The notes beneath the pieces are model-generated. The model was given only the letters and a program-made list of their open reading frames with translations, had not been told where the DNA came from and did no database searches. A stretch of DNA of 63,683 nt, filler included, from an uncultured bacterium (GTDB lineage: Bacteria > CAYJRR01): assembly GCA_964372275.1 (NCBI GenBank). It is 3 parts of 3 records of this genome, joined end to end, with 100 filler letters (N's around TTAATTAATTAA, not from the genome) between each part and the next. Parts side by side here need not be neighbours in the genome. Positions count along the whole stretch, not along the records: positions 46,866 to 63,683 come from CAYJRR010000099.1; 2 more parts are not named here. One strand, given 5' to 3'. Below are positions 50,355-60,267 of this stretch, one piece after another; position 1 is the stretch's first letter; each line of letters starts with the position of its first letter. Both the position numbers and the translations under genes were made by a program.

Positions 50355-50448
50355 AAATGGAAAATAGAAGACCGGCCAACCGGCCATTCTCCCGATCCGC
50401 GGACCATTTTTCATTTGCCGGTTTCCCATTTTCCATTTTCCATTTTCC
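50355..50448. repeat. AT-rich heptamer-based inverted repeat element
   Basis: AAATGGAAAAT (50355-50365) pairs with ATTTTCCATTT (50428-50438); tandem CCATTTT units. Confidence 0.75.
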
Positions 50449-50481
50449 CTCCTCGCGTCCGCGGGGCCTCGGAGGACACGA

Positions 50482-52251
50482 ATGCTCCGCCGTACCGCAC
50501 CCGCCTTCCCGCTCGTCGCATTTCCCGCCGCCGTCGCGTGCCTTCTCGCGGCCGGTTGCCGTCCGGGAGAGACCGACCCGACGACCGCACCGGCCGACTC
50601 GCCGGCGCTGCGCGCGGGCGCGCTGGCCGCCGACCAGCCGACGGCGCAGGAGATCGGGGAGGCGATCCTCGCCGACGGCGGCTCCGCGGCCGACGCGGCC
50701 GTCGCCGCCGTTTTCGCGCTGGGGGTGGAAAACCCGTCGTCGTCGGGACTCGGCGGAGGCGGATTCGCCGTGGTGTGGGACGCCGCGTCGCGTCGCGCCT
50801 ACGCACTCGACTTCCGCGAACGCGCCCCGGCGGGTGCGTCCGCCGGGCACTACCGCGGACCGGACGGCGCCTTCGATCCGGAGCGCAGCCAGCGGGGCTG
50901 CTACGCGGCGGGGGTCCCGGGCGAGGTGGCCGGTCTGGGGGCGCTGCACGGCCGCTTCGGCCGTCTGGAATGGAGCCGGGTGGTCCGGCCGGCGCAGCTG
51001 TTGGCCTCGCACGGATGGTCGGTGTCGCCGTACCTGGCGAAGGCCCTTGAGGACGCCCTCGGGGGCCGACGCGACGAGCACGGGGCCGGAGAGGACGCGG
51101 CGCAGGCCGCGGACCGCGCGTGGGCCGGCCCCTACCTGCGTCCCGACGGGCGCCCCTCGCAGGAAGGGGAGGTGCTGCGGGATCCGGAACTCGCGTCGAC
51201 GTTGGAGGCGATCGCGACGCACGGCCCGGAGGCGTTCTACCGGGGATCGATCGCCGCGGCGATCGACGCCGCCTGCCGCGATTTCGACGGAGCGGTCCGC
51301 GCGGCCGACCTCGCCGACTACGCGCCGATCTGGCGGACGCCGATCGTCACACACTGGCGCAGCTTCCGGATCGTGGGGATGCCGCCCCCCTCCTCCGGAG
51401 GAACGGTGTTGGCCGAAGCGCTGGAGACGATCGAGCCTCTCCCGTTCAACCGCGAAGGCGCGGACGCCGGCGGCTCCTACCACCTGTTGGCCGAATCGCT
51501 CAAGCACGGCTTCGCCGACCGGGCGCGCTACTTCGGCGATCCCGAGTTCGTCCGCGTGCCGACCGAGCGGCTCCTCTCCCCCGCCTATGCCGAGCTGCGG
51601 CGCCGGAGCATCGACGCGTCACGCACCCAGCCGTCGTGGGCCTACGGCCTCCCCGGCGTGAGGATGAAGGACGACGCCGGAACCAGTCACGTCTCGGTCG
51701 TCGACGCGCGCGGCAATGCCGTGGCGATCACCTCCAGCGTCAACGGCCTGTTCGGCGCGCGGGTCCGCGCCCCGCGCGCAGGCGTTCTATTAAACAATAC
51801 GTTGGACGACTTCTCCCTGGACGACGCTCCCAATCTCTACGGCCTCGTCGGGTCGAAGAAGAACCGCATCGCGCCGGGGAAGCGGCCGGTCTCGTCGATG
51901 GCACCAACGGTGGTACTGGAACGCGGCGCCGGCGGCGAGCGCGTACGGGTGGTGGCGGGCGGCGCGGGAGGGCCCCGCATCATCTCCGCCACGCTGCAGA
52001 CGATCCTCGGCGTCCTCGCCGAACGCGCCACGGTCGAGGAGGCGGTCGACGCACCGCGCCTCCACCATCAGTGGATGCCGGACACGCTGTACCTCGAGCC
52101 GTCGATCTCGCAACGGGTGGCGGACGCGCTCGCCGAACGGGGGCACCTGCTCACGCCGGCCCCGTTCCTCGCCGCGGTCAACGCCGTCGAGGTCCGCGAC
52201 GGGCGGGCGGTCGGGGCCTCGGACCCGCGGAAGCGGCGCGCCGGCGACTAG
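50482..52251 (+). CDS. ggt: Gamma-glutamyltransferase, lipoprotein
   Basis: Lipobox AAGC; GGSAADAA, SGLGGGGF, DFRE, PPPSSGG, GTSHVSVVD, PGKRPVSSM. Confidence 0.96.
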   Translation: MLRRTAPAFPLVAFPAAVACLLAAGCRPGETDPTTAPADSPALRAGALAADQPTAQEIGEAILADGGSAADAAVAAVFALGVENPSSSGLGGGGFAVVWDAASRRAYALDFRERAPAGASAGHYRGPDGAFDPERSQRGCYAAGVPGEVAGLGALHGRFGRLEWSRVVRPAQLLASHGWSVSPYLAKALEDALGGRRDEHGAGEDAAQAADRAWAGPYLRPDGRPSQEGEVLRDPELASTLEAIATHGPEAFYRGSIAAAIDAACRDFDGAVRAADLADYAPIWRTPIVTHWRSFRIVGMPPPSSGGTVLAEALETIEPLPFNREGADAGGSYHLLAESLKHGFADRARYFGDPEFVRVPTERLLSPAYAELRRRSIDASRTQPSWAYGLPGVRMKDDAGTSHVSVVDARGNAVAITSSVNGLFGARVRAPRAGVLLNNTLDDFSLDDAPNLYGLVGSKKNRIAPGKRPVSSMAPTVVLERGAGGERVRVVAGGAGGPRIISATLQTILGVLAERATVEEAVDAPRLHHQWMPDTLYLEPSISQRVADALAERGHLLTPAPFLAAVNAVEVRDGRAVGASDPRKRRAGD

Positions 52252-53583
52252 CTAGAGCGCGAGCGCCGCGATCAGCTTGTCGGGATCGCGCCCGAGCTCG
52301 CCGTTCCAGCGCTCGAGGAGGAGGTCGGCGGGGCTACGGCCGTCCGCCAGGATCGGATCGAGCGGATCGAGGAGGCGCTCTTCGCCACGGCCGCGGCGCC
52401 GGAGCGCCGCCCGCGCCGCCGACACGAGCGCCTGCGCGATCGACCGCACCTCCTCATCGCCCTCGCGCGCGCGCAGGCCGTCGCGCGCGACCGCGCCGCC
52501 CAAGCGTCGGAGCGCCTCCGCGGGCAGCCCTCCGAGCCGCTCGATCACCGTCCGCCGCGCCTCCGCGTCGTAGAGAAGACCGGTCCAGAGCGCGACCGGG
52601 GCGATCGCCATCGCCGGAGGCGGGAAGTCGGCGGCGCGGCACTCGAGGTACCGTCGAAGGCGGGCATCGCGAAAGGTCTGGTTGATCACCCACTCCAGGT
52701 CGTCCGCCGCGGGCGTGATCCCGGCGTGATCGGCAAGCCGCTCGGTTCGGCCGTCGAACCACGCACGCGCGGGAAGACCGTGCGCCGGTCGATACCGCCC
52801 GTCCCGGTAGGTGAAGATCAGGGGCGTGTCGAGGAGGTCTTCGACGTAGCGGTCGAAGCCGTAGCCGGGCTCCAGCGCCGCGGGCAAGAAACCGCATCGG
52901 TCGGGATCGGTGCGGCGCCAGATCTCGGCACGGACGCTGGCGAAGCCGTTGGGCGCCAGGCGGTCGAGCGGCGAGTGCGCGAACAGCGCGGTGACGATCG
53001 GCGACGCGAGGAAGGCGACGCGCAGCTTCTCCATCGCGTCCGGCTCGTCGACGTAGTCGAAGGTGCAGTGGACCGAGAGCGTCCGCCGCATCATGTCGAT
53101 CGCCAGGTCCCCCGTGCGGGCGAGGTACTCGGTCATGATTGCGTAGCGACGCTTCGGCCCGAGGACCACCTCGCGGCTTCCCGAGAACGGATTGGCGCCG
53201 ATCCCCAACGCCTTGAGACCCATCCCCGGCAGGATCCCGTTCAGCTCGGCGACGAAGGCCCGGTAGTCGCGCTCGATCTCGACCGCGCTTTCACGCGGGG
53301 GCGTGGAAAGCTCGAGCTGGCTCCCCGGCTCGAGGGTGACGGCCCCACCGTCGTCCCGGGCGAGGGCGATGAGGTGCCCCTCCTCCTCGATCGGACGCCA
53401 GCCCCTGCCGGAATGGACCAGGCGCTTGAGCACCTCCTCCACGCCGCGCGGACCGGAGAAGGGCGTCTCGCGCCGGGCGAAGAGGTCGACCAGCAGGATC
53501 TCGAACTCCGCGCCGATCCGCTCCCGCGACGACCGGGGCCGGAACCAGGCGCGCAAGTCCGACGCGGAAACGGGCCGGGACAC
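52252..53583 (-). CDS. gshA: Glutamate-cysteine ligase (GCS2/alphaproteobacterial-plant type)
   Basis: IGAEFE, TLEPGSQLELS, KRRYAIM, MMRRT, ALFAHSP, IWRRTDPDR, RLRRYLECRAAD. Confidence 0.88.
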   Translation of the reverse strand: MSRPVSASDLRAWFRPRSSRERIGAEFEILLVDLFARRETPFSGPRGVEEVLKRLVHSGRGWRPIEEEGHLIALARDDGGAVTLEPGSQLELSTPPRESAVEIERDYRAFVAELNGILPGMGLKALGIGANPFSGSREVVLGPKRRYAIMTEYLARTGDLAIDMMRRTLSVHCTFDYVDEPDAMEKLRVAFLASPIVTALFAHSPLDRLAPNGFASVRAEIWRRTDPDRCGFLPAALEPGYGFDRYVEDLLDTPLIFTYRDGRYRPAHGLPARAWFDGRTERLADHAGITPAADDLEWVINQTFRDARLRRYLECRAADFPPPAMAIAPVALWTGLLYDAEARRTVIERLGGLPAEALRRLGGAVARDGLRAREGDEEVRSIAQALVSAARAALRRRGRGEERLLDPLDPILADGRSPADLLLERWNGELGRDPDKLIAALAL

Positions 53584-53690
53584 CGACCTACGATAACCCG
53601 ATCGCGTGGGATTCCCTCCGCGCGTCGATTCTTGAAACGGCGCGCCGACCGGAGGCGTAAAATTAGCGCCCGATCCACGGGGGAGGGTCC

Positions 53691-55067
53691 ATGACGACCG
53701 GGTCGAATCACCTTCGCGCTTCCATCCATGCCTTCGCGCCCTTGGCTGCCGCTACGGTCCTGGCCGCTTGCAATCGCGGCGGCGACGGCGCCGATCCTCC
53801 CGTCGGAGCGACGATCGATTTCTCGATGTCGGTGGTGGGAAGCGTCCCGGCCGAGTCGTCCGGCCCATCCGAGTTCGGCTCGCTCGCCCAACTCGCCGCG
53901 ATGGTGGTGACGAGCAACGCCAAGAACGTCGCTGCCGACGGCGCGGGACTGGAGAGCCTGAAGCTCTACTTCAACGACATCCATATCTGTCAGGACGTCA
54001 CTCTGAACGGGACGATGATCACCGGGATGGAAGGCTGCGTGACGGTCTACAAGGCCCCGGTCGAGCCCGGCGACCTGTCAAACACGTCGGACCTTGCCGC
54101 AAGCCTCGCCGCCGCTGAAGCGACGACCGAGGGCTACATCGACGTCCTCGATCCCGAGTCACGGGCCGAGATTGCACAGCAGATCGTGCTAATGGAGGAG
54201 GACGTCGGCGAATACAACTACGGCGTCTTCGGTTGGGCACCGCCGATCAAAGTGACGGCGACCCTGGTCGATCCGGCCGACGGGACAACGCCGGTCCTCT
54301 ACACCAAGCCCGGCGTCGCGAGCGCCTGCTCGGTGAACAACAATGCCTACGACTGCGTGCTGACCGACGACCCGCTCACGGGCGCACCGGCCGAAGAGGC
54401 GATCTTCGTAGCGGGCGGCAACGTGGTGTTCAAGTTCCAGCGAGCGCTTTCGATCACGGCCGAGGACGTCGAGAACCAGACGACCTTCGCCCTGACGTTG
54501 GCGTTCAATCCGAACGGTTTGATCCAGGGGGTCACCTCCCCCGGGGCGACCAACTTCCCGCCGATCGCCGACGGCGTCGTTCCCGAAGGGAGCACGCCCG
54601 GCTATAACATGGGGAACTCGCTCTCTCTGGTCGGCCCGCAGGTCGCGGCGGTCTTCTACCAATCCGATTCGCAGATAATCCGCGAGAGCTATTCGGCGAC
54701 CCTTCCCGCAGGCGGTGGCAACGGGACGTTCAAGCTGCGCGTCGAATTCTACTGGCTGGACGGGGACCCCGACCGCACGATCTACGGAACGACCGCCGCC
54801 ATCGTCCCCACCGCCGACACCCGGGGCTACCTGGTCGGGTTCTATCCCTTCCACGGAATCACGACCAACACCAACGGCTCGATCAACCTCCTCGACCACA
54901 TGGGTGAACTCGCCATCTCCCAATTCGTCCGCTCGACGGCCGAGGGGGCGACCTCGACCGCCGGGATCCAGTGCGACAGCCAGGTGATGGGGATCACCGC
55001 CAACTGCACTGTCGGATCGTCGCTCACCGCGACGTTCAACCTCGACGCGCTAGAGCCACTCGACTAA
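53691..55067 (+). CDS. Hypothetical beta-rich lipoprotein
   Basis: GGGGAGG RBS, lipobox LAAC, paired Cys, T/N/G-rich; visibly lower GC than neighbours. Confidence 0.75.
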   Translation: MTTGSNHLRASIHAFAPLAAATVLAACNRGGDGADPPVGATIDFSMSVVGSVPAESSGPSEFGSLAQLAAMVVTSNAKNVAADGAGLESLKLYFNDIHICQDVTLNGTMITGMEGCVTVYKAPVEPGDLSNTSDLAASLAAAEATTEGYIDVLDPESRAEIAQQIVLMEEDVGEYNYGVFGWAPPIKVTATLVDPADGTTPVLYTKPGVASACSVNNNAYDCVLTDDPLTGAPAEEAIFVAGGNVVFKFQRALSITAEDVENQTTFALTLAFNPNGLIQGVTSPGATNFPPIADGVVPEGSTPGYNMGNSLSLVGPQVAAVFYQSDSQIIRESYSATLPAGGGNGTFKLRVEFYWLDGDPDRTIYGTTAAIVPTADTRGYLVGFYPFHGITTNTNGSINLLDHMGELAISQFVRSTAEGATSTAGIQCDSQVMGITANCTVGSSLTATFNLDALEPLD

Positions 55068-55115
55068 GACGCCGGCTTGCGCGGGGGTCGTCAAAGGACG
55101 GTAGACTCCGCGCCC

Positions 55116-56465
55116 ATGAACGCGCGTTTCCTCCTACCTCTGACGGCGGCCGGCCTGGTCGCCGCGGGCACCGGCGCCTGCGGCCCGCGGCCCGGGCCGG
55201 CGTCCACCGTTCCGACCCCGACGCCGCTCCCCGTCGCCTCGCCGGTGGCGCTGGTGCACGCCACGATCTGGACGGGGGCGGGGGAGCCGATCGTCGACGG
55301 GACGCTGGTCCTGTCGTGGGGACGCATTGCCGCCGTCGGGCGCGACGTCCCGATTCCGCCCAACGTGGAGCGACTCGACCTCGGCGGGCGCATCGTCACC
55401 CCCGGGCTGATCGACGCCCACAGCCACAACGGCGTCTACCCTTCGCCCGGCGGGGACGCCGTCTCCGACGGCAACGAGATGACCGATCCGGTGACGCCCC
55501 ACGTCTGGGCGCAACACGCGATCTGGCCGCAGGACCCGAACTTCTACCGCGTGCTGCAGGCGGGCAACACCGCCTCGCTGGTGATCCCCGGCTCCGGCAA
55601 CCTGATCGGCGGCCGAGGCGTGGTGGTACACAACCGGCCCGCGCTCTCCGCGCGCGAGATGAAGGTGGCGGGGGCGCCCGCGTCGCTGAAGATGGCGTGC
55701 GGCGAGAATCCGAAACGGGTCTACGGCTCGGAGAAGAAGAGCTTCCCGATGACCCGGATGGGAAACGTCGCCGGCTACCGCGAAGCGTTCCTGCGCGCGA
55801 AGGAGTACCGCAAGAAGCGCGAGGGGAAGCCGGACGACGAAGAGGGACGCGACCTCAAGATGGAGACGCTGTCCGGTGTGCTGGCCGGCGAGATCCTGGT
55901 GCAGAACCACTGCTACCGCGCCGACGAGATGCTGCAGATGCTCGATCTCGCCGACGAGTTCGGGTTCAAGATCCGGACCTTTCACCACGCGCTGGAGGCC
56001 TACAAGATCCGCGACGTGCTGGCCAAGCGCGAGGTCGCGGTCGCCACCTGGGCCGACTGGTGGGGGTTCAAGCTCGAGGCGTACGACGGCATCCCGCAGA
56101 ACGCCGCGCTGGTGCACGAAGCGGGGGGACGCGCGGTGATCCACTCCGACTCGCCGATGGGGGCCCAGATGCTCAACCAGGAGGCGGCCAAGGCGCTCGC
56201 CTACGGGCGCCGCGCCGGGATCGCCGCCACCGAACAGGACGCGCTGAAGTGGGTCACCGCCAATCCCGCCTGGGCGATCGGCGTGGAGAAGGATCTCGGG
56301 ACGCTGGAGAAGGGGAAGGTCGCCGACCTCGTCGTCTGGTCGACCAATCCGATGTCGGTCTACGCACGCGCCGACCTGGTCTTCGTCGAGGGGGCGCTGC
56401 TCTGGGACCGGAGCGATCCGAAGCGGCAGCCGCGCTCCGACTTCGAGGCGGGGGTGACGCGATGA
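55116..56465 (+). CDS. Amidohydrolase-family lipoprotein (imidazolonepropionase-like), metal ligands intact
   Basis: TGAC lipobox; [41 protein letters not shown]. Confidence 0.9.
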   Translation: MNARFLLPLTAAGLVAAGTGACGPRPGPASTVPTPTPLPVASPVALVHATIWTGAGEPIVDGTLVLSWGRIAAVGRDVPIPPNVERLDLGGRIVTPGLIDAHSHNGVYPSPGGDAVSDGNEMTDPVTPHVWAQHAIWPQDPNFYRVLQAGNTASLVIPGSGNLIGGRGVVVHNRPALSAREMKVAGAPASLKMACGENPKRVYGSEKKSFPMTRMGNVAGYREAFLRAKEYRKKREGKPDDEEGRDLKMETLSGVLAGEILVQNHCYRADEMLQMLDLADEFGFKIRTFHHALEAYKIRDVLAKREVAVATWADWWGFKLEAYDGIPQNAALVHEAGGRAVIHSDSPMGAQMLNQEAAKALAYGRRAGIAATEQDALKWVTANPAWAIGVEKDLGTLEKGKVADLVVWSTNPMSVYARADLVFVEGALLWDRSDPKRQPRSDFEAGVTR

Positions 56466-57826
56466 ACGTTCCGCGCGTTCGCGCTCCTCGGGGGGATTCC
56501 CCCAAAGCCCCCTGGCTCGCCCTCTCCCTCCTGCTGGCGGCGCCTTCGCTCCGTGGAGCGGTGGCCGCCTCCGCGAAGCCGGCCCCTACGCCCACGCCCG
56601 CGCTCGCGAAGGAGACGGTCGCGATCACCGGCGCCATCGTCTGGACGATGGACGGTCCTCCGATCGAAAACGCGAAGATCGTGATCGAGGACGGCGTCGT
56701 CACCACCCTCACCGGCGAGCCGTTCGTCGTACCGGCGAACGCGAGGCGGATCGAGGGAACCGGGAAGATCGTCACGCCGGGTTTCGTCGACGCGGCGACC
56801 TCGCTCGGCCTGGTGGAGATCGACCTCGTCTCCGAAACCCGCGAGGACCACCCCTCGGGCGAGGGACCGATCCGCGCGGCGTTCCGCGCGGCGGACGGCA
56901 TCGATCCCGAGTCGACGCTCCTGGCGGTCACGCGGATGGAAGGGGTCACCGCGGCGGTGACGCGGCCCAACGGGGGACTGATCGCCGGGCAGTCGGCCTG
57001 GATCCGGCTCGCGGCCCCGGCGGTCCGCCCGCGCGGATCGTCGGTCGACGACCTGATCGTGCGCGCCCCGCTGGCGATGCACGGCGCGCTGGGGGCCGAG
57101 GGGCGCGGCGCGGCGGGCGATACCCGCGGAGGCGCGCTGCGGCGGCTGCGGGAGGCGCTCGAGGACGCGCGGCTGATCCGGAGCCGGACGGCGGCGTTCG
57201 ACGAGAACCGGATGCGGGCGCTCGCCGCCGGCCGTCTCGACCTGATGGCGCTGTGGCCGGTGCTCGACCGGAAACTGCCACTCGTGGTGTCGGTCAACAA
57301 GGCGTCGGACATCGAGATCGCGATCCGCGTCGCGGAGGAGGAGAAGATCCGCCTGGTGATCGAAGGGGCGGCCGAGGGGTGGAAGGTCGCCGACCTGCTC
57401 GCCGCGCGGCGGGTGCCGGTCCTGGTGAAGCCGCTCGAGAACCTCCCGCGCTACAACGCCCTCGGCACCCGGTTCGACAATACGGCGCTCCTGGCGAAGG
57501 CCGGGGTGACGTTCGCGATCGTCACCGGCGAGGCGCACAACGTACGCAACCTGCGCCAGGAGGCGGGGAATGCGATCGCGTGGGGCTTGCCGCGCGAGAA
57601 GGCCCTCGAAGCGGTGACCCGGACGCCGGCCGAGATCTTCGGTCTCGAGGGGCAGGCCGGATCGATCGCCAAGGGACGCCGAGCCGACCTCGTCCTGTGG
57701 AGCGGCGATCCGTTCGAGCTGTCGAGCCGCCCGGAAGCGGTCTTCGTCGACGGGCGCGAGATTCCGTTGCGCTCGAGGCAGACCGACCTCCTCGACCGCT
57801 ACCGGACGCTCCCGCCGAAGCGCTAA
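56462..57826 (+). CDS. Amidohydrolase-family protein lacking the metal-binding His residues
   Basis: Signal peptide; [11 protein letters not shown] (HxH lost), [18 protein letters not shown] overlap with upstream paralog. Confidence 0.85.
   Translation: MNVPRVRAPRGDSPKAPWLALSLLLAAPSLRGAVAASAKPAPTPTPALAKETVAITGAIVWTMDGPPIENAKIVIEDGVVTTLTGEPFVVPANARRIEGTGKIVTPGFVDAATSLGLVEIDLVSETREDHPSGEGPIRAAFRAADGIDPESTLLAVTRMEGVTAAVTRPNGGLIAGQSAWIRLAAPAVRPRGSSVDDLIVRAPLAMHGALGAEGRGAAGDTRGGALRRLREALEDARLIRSRTAAFDENRMRALAAGRLDLMALWPVLDRKLPLVVSVNKASDIEIAIRVAEEEKIRLVIEGAAEGWKVADLLAARRVPVLVKPLENLPRYNALGTRFDNTALLAKAGVTFAIVTGEAHNVRNLRQEAGNAIAWGLPREKALEAVTRTPAEIFGLEGQAGSIAKGRRADLVLWSGDPFELSSRPEAVFVDGREIPLRSRQTDLLDRYRTLPPKR
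56468..56512 (+). repeat. Dispersed double-hairpin repeat, copy D (inside CDS N-terminus)
   Basis: GTTCCGCGCGTTCGCGCTCCTCGGGGGGATTCCCCCAAAGCCCCC. Confidence 0.75.
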
Positions 57827-57855
57827 CCCGGGGGGGGACGCCCCGAACCGGCTCC

Positions 57856-58605
57856 CTACGGTTCGTAACCGACGACCACGTGGTTCCCGGTGACGAGCAG
57901 TCGCGTGAGCTTGGCGGAGCGCCTGGCGATGTGCAGGTCGAGGACGAGGGGCTCGCGCAGCGCGCGCCGGTTCATCGCCTTCACCAGCTCGCCTTCGTAG
58001 CGCGGGTCGGAGTTCTTGAGGAGCTTCGCGCCGCGGGCCTCCGAGAGGACGCGGACCTTCCCCTTCTCCCGCGAGAGGAACACCACCAGGTCGACCACCG
58101 CTCCGGCCTCGATCCCCTCGGTGAAGCGGCGCACGTGCTCCTTGAAGGCGGACGGGACCGATCCCTTGTATTCGACGTTTCGCCCGCGAAAGTGAAGCCG
58201 GCAGGTGAGCCGGTTCCCGGCATGGAGGCCGAAGCCGTCGAGCCTCTCCACCACGATCTCGCCATCGAGGTTCCGGTCGAACTCGCGGGCCGGAACCCGG
58301 TAGGGAAGCGACTGGCGTGCCATCGAAGCCAGGTCGCTATCGGCGAGGTAGAGCGAATAGAGCGGCTCGAGCCGCCCCCCACCCTTCTCCAACTCCGCTT
58401 CGTAATCGCGCGCGGCGGAGAGCGCCTGTTCCGTGGCGTCGATCTCGAAGCGAAGCCGCTCGTTCTCGCGCTCGAGTCGCCGCACCCGCTCCTCGAGCGG
58501 CGGCTGGCAGCAACAGCCGGCGGCAAACGTCGCGAGCGCGGCGAGCCCGAGGGCGGTCCGGCCGCCCCGCGCCGGTCCCCGCGGTCGCGCCGTCGCAACG
58601 CTCAC
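57856..58605 (-). CDS. Hypothetical lipoprotein with coiled coil
   Basis: Lipobox AAGC followed by CC; heptad LEERVRRLERENERLR. Confidence 0.65.
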   Translation of the reverse strand: MSVATARPRGPARGGRTALGLAALATFAAGCCCQPPLEERVRRLERENERLRFEIDATEQALSAARDYEAELEKGGGRLEPLYSLYLADSDLASMARQSLPYRVPAREFDRNLDGEIVVERLDGFGLHAGNRLTCRLHFRGRNVEYKGSVPSAFKEHVRRFTEGIEAGAVVDLVVFLSREKGKVRVLSEARGAKLLKNSDPRYEGELVKAMNRRALREPLVLDLHIARRSAKLTRLLVTGNHVVVGYEP

Positions 58606-58994
58606 CGGCGCTCCTTGTTCACGTCGCAGTCGACCGAGACGGCACGGAATCCGTTCACCGTCCGGGTGGCGCCGCGTTTCAGGACCATCTTCAGCTCCGC
58701 GCGGGCGAGCTCCAGGCGGGCGTGCGTCGCCCCCTCGACCGGCAGCTCCTCCGGCGCCGTGGCAGAGGAGACGGCGTGCGCCGTGCGGAAACGCATCCCC
58801 TTCTCCTCCTCGAGCCGGGTGGCGCGCGCGAACGCTTTCGCGATCTCCTGGGCGTTCGCGGCGACCTTCCGGGCGAGGTCGGCGTTCTCGGCCTTCAGCG
58901 CCTTGTGACGCGCCTTCAGGTCGGCTTCGTCCGCGCGAGCCGTGGCCGTCGCGAAGAGAAGAAGGGCGGAGACGATCGTGACACCGGCGCGCAT
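58602..58994 (-). CDS. Small secreted coiled-coil protein
   Basis: Signal peptide ..TARA-D; LKARHKALKAENADLARKV; stop overlaps downstream GTG. Confidence 0.6.
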   Translation of the reverse strand: MRAGVTIVSALLLFATATARADEADLKARHKALKAENADLARKVAANAQEIAKAFARATRLEEEKGMRFRTAHAVSSATAPEELPVEGATHARLELARAELKMVLKRGATRTVNGFRAVSVDCDVNKERR

Positions 58995-59055
58995 CGGCGA
59001 CGGCGAGGATACACCGGCCGGGTCCGGAGTCGCGACCGACTCGCTCGCAGAAGGA

Positions 59056-59532
59056 TCATCCCTCGGACGCCGGAACGGGCTCCGCCGCGACCGCCCCCCC
59101 GGCCAGCCGCTTTTCGAGCAGCGCCGCCAGGCGCGCTTCGCCGTCGGCCTTCACCAACACGTCGGGGACGACGCCGGCCCACTGCAGCACCGGGCCGCTC
59201 CGCTCGAACGCGGCGATCACTCCGCCGCGGCGAGCAAATTCCCGAAAGAGACCGGCGGCCGGCTCCTCGAGCGCGCTCCCGGATCCCGTTGCGTCGATCA
59301 GCACCACCGCGTCGAACGGGACGTCGACCAGCGCGTCGAGTCGCTCCGCCAGCCGCACGGTGTTCCCGTCGCCGCCGACCGCTACCCCGGTCGGCGATTC
59401 GCCGGCCGCCGTGAGCCAGGCCCCCCGCTCGGACAGCAGCGACCAGGTCTGGTAGAACTGCGCCTCGTCGAACCGATCGGACGGAACGACGAACAGGATG
59501 CGCCGTTCGAACAGCGGGGGCCGGTGGAACAT
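59056..59532 (-). CDS. DJ-1/PfpI-family protein lacking the catalytic Cys
   Basis: ILFVVP..FDEAQF, FDAVVLI, GVIAAFERSGPVL..AGV (vs usual AAICHGP). Confidence 0.7.
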   Translation of the reverse strand: MFHRPPLFERRILFVVPSDRFDEAQFYQTWSLLSERGAWLTAAGESPTGVAVGGDGNTVRLAERLDALVDVPFDAVVLIDATGSGSALEEPAAGLFREFARRGGVIAAFERSGPVLQWAGVVPDVLVKADGEARLAALLEKRLAGGAVAAEPVPASEG

Positions 59533-59567
59533 CCGCCGATGATGTCCACGATCCCCGAGGAGGCAAC

Positions 59568-60236
59568 GTGGCGAAGTTCAATCCGCCGACCCGCCGAACC
59601 GACCTCGAGATCGTCCATCCGGCGATCGAGCGCTACCTCTACGACCTGCTTCCGCCGAGGGACGAGGTCCTGGCCGAAATGGAGGCACGCGCCGAGCGGG
59701 AGCGGATCCCGATCGTCGGGCCGCTGGTGGGGCGGCTCCTGTTCCAGCTCGCGACGATCGCCGGAGCGCGACGGGTGATGGAGCTCGGGTCGGCGATCGG
59801 CTACTCGACGCTGTGGTGGGCGCGCGCGGTCGGACCCGAGGGACGCGTCTACTACACCGACGGCGATCCGGCGAAGGCGGACCAGGCGCGCGCCTACGCG
59901 CGTCGGGCCGGCGTCGAGGAGCGGATCGAGTTCCTCGTCGGGGACGCGGTGGCGTCGATGGATCGGGTCGTGGGTCCGCTCGACGTCGTCTTCTGCGACA
60001 TCGACAAGCACGGGTACCCGGCGGCGTTCGAGGCGGCCCTTCCGCGACTCCGGCCCGGGGGTCTGTTCGTCTGCGACAACACACTGTGGTCGGGGCGCGT
60101 TCTCGGGGACCCCGCCGCCGACGACCGGGCGACCGCCGGCGTGCGGGCGCTCAACCGGGCGATCTTCGCCAACGCAGACGTCCTCCCGGTGCTGCTCCCG
60201 CTCCGCGACGGCGTGACGGTGGCGGTGAAACGGTGA
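59568..60236 (+). CDS. SAM-dependent O-methyltransferase (Methyltransf_3/YrrM-like)
   Basis: MELGSAIGYS, VFCDIDK, LRPGGLFVCDN, LPLRDG; GGAGG RBS. Confidence 0.93.
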   Translation: MAKFNPPTRRTDLEIVHPAIERYLYDLLPPRDEVLAEMEARAERERIPIVGPLVGRLLFQLATIAGARRVMELGSAIGYSTLWWARAVGPEGRVYYTDGDPAKADQARAYARRAGVEERIEFLVGDAVASMDRVVGPLDVVFCDIDKHGYPAAFEAALPRLRPGGLFVCDNTLWSGRVLGDPAADDRATAGVRALNRAIFANADVLPVLLPLRDGVTVAVKR

Positions 60237-60267
60237 GTGCGGCGCCGCGCGCACGGAGGAGCGGCCG

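Noticed and set aside
53632-53663. TTGAAA...TAAAAT as a sigma70 promoter
   Set aside because: 20-nt spacer is too long for confident pairing
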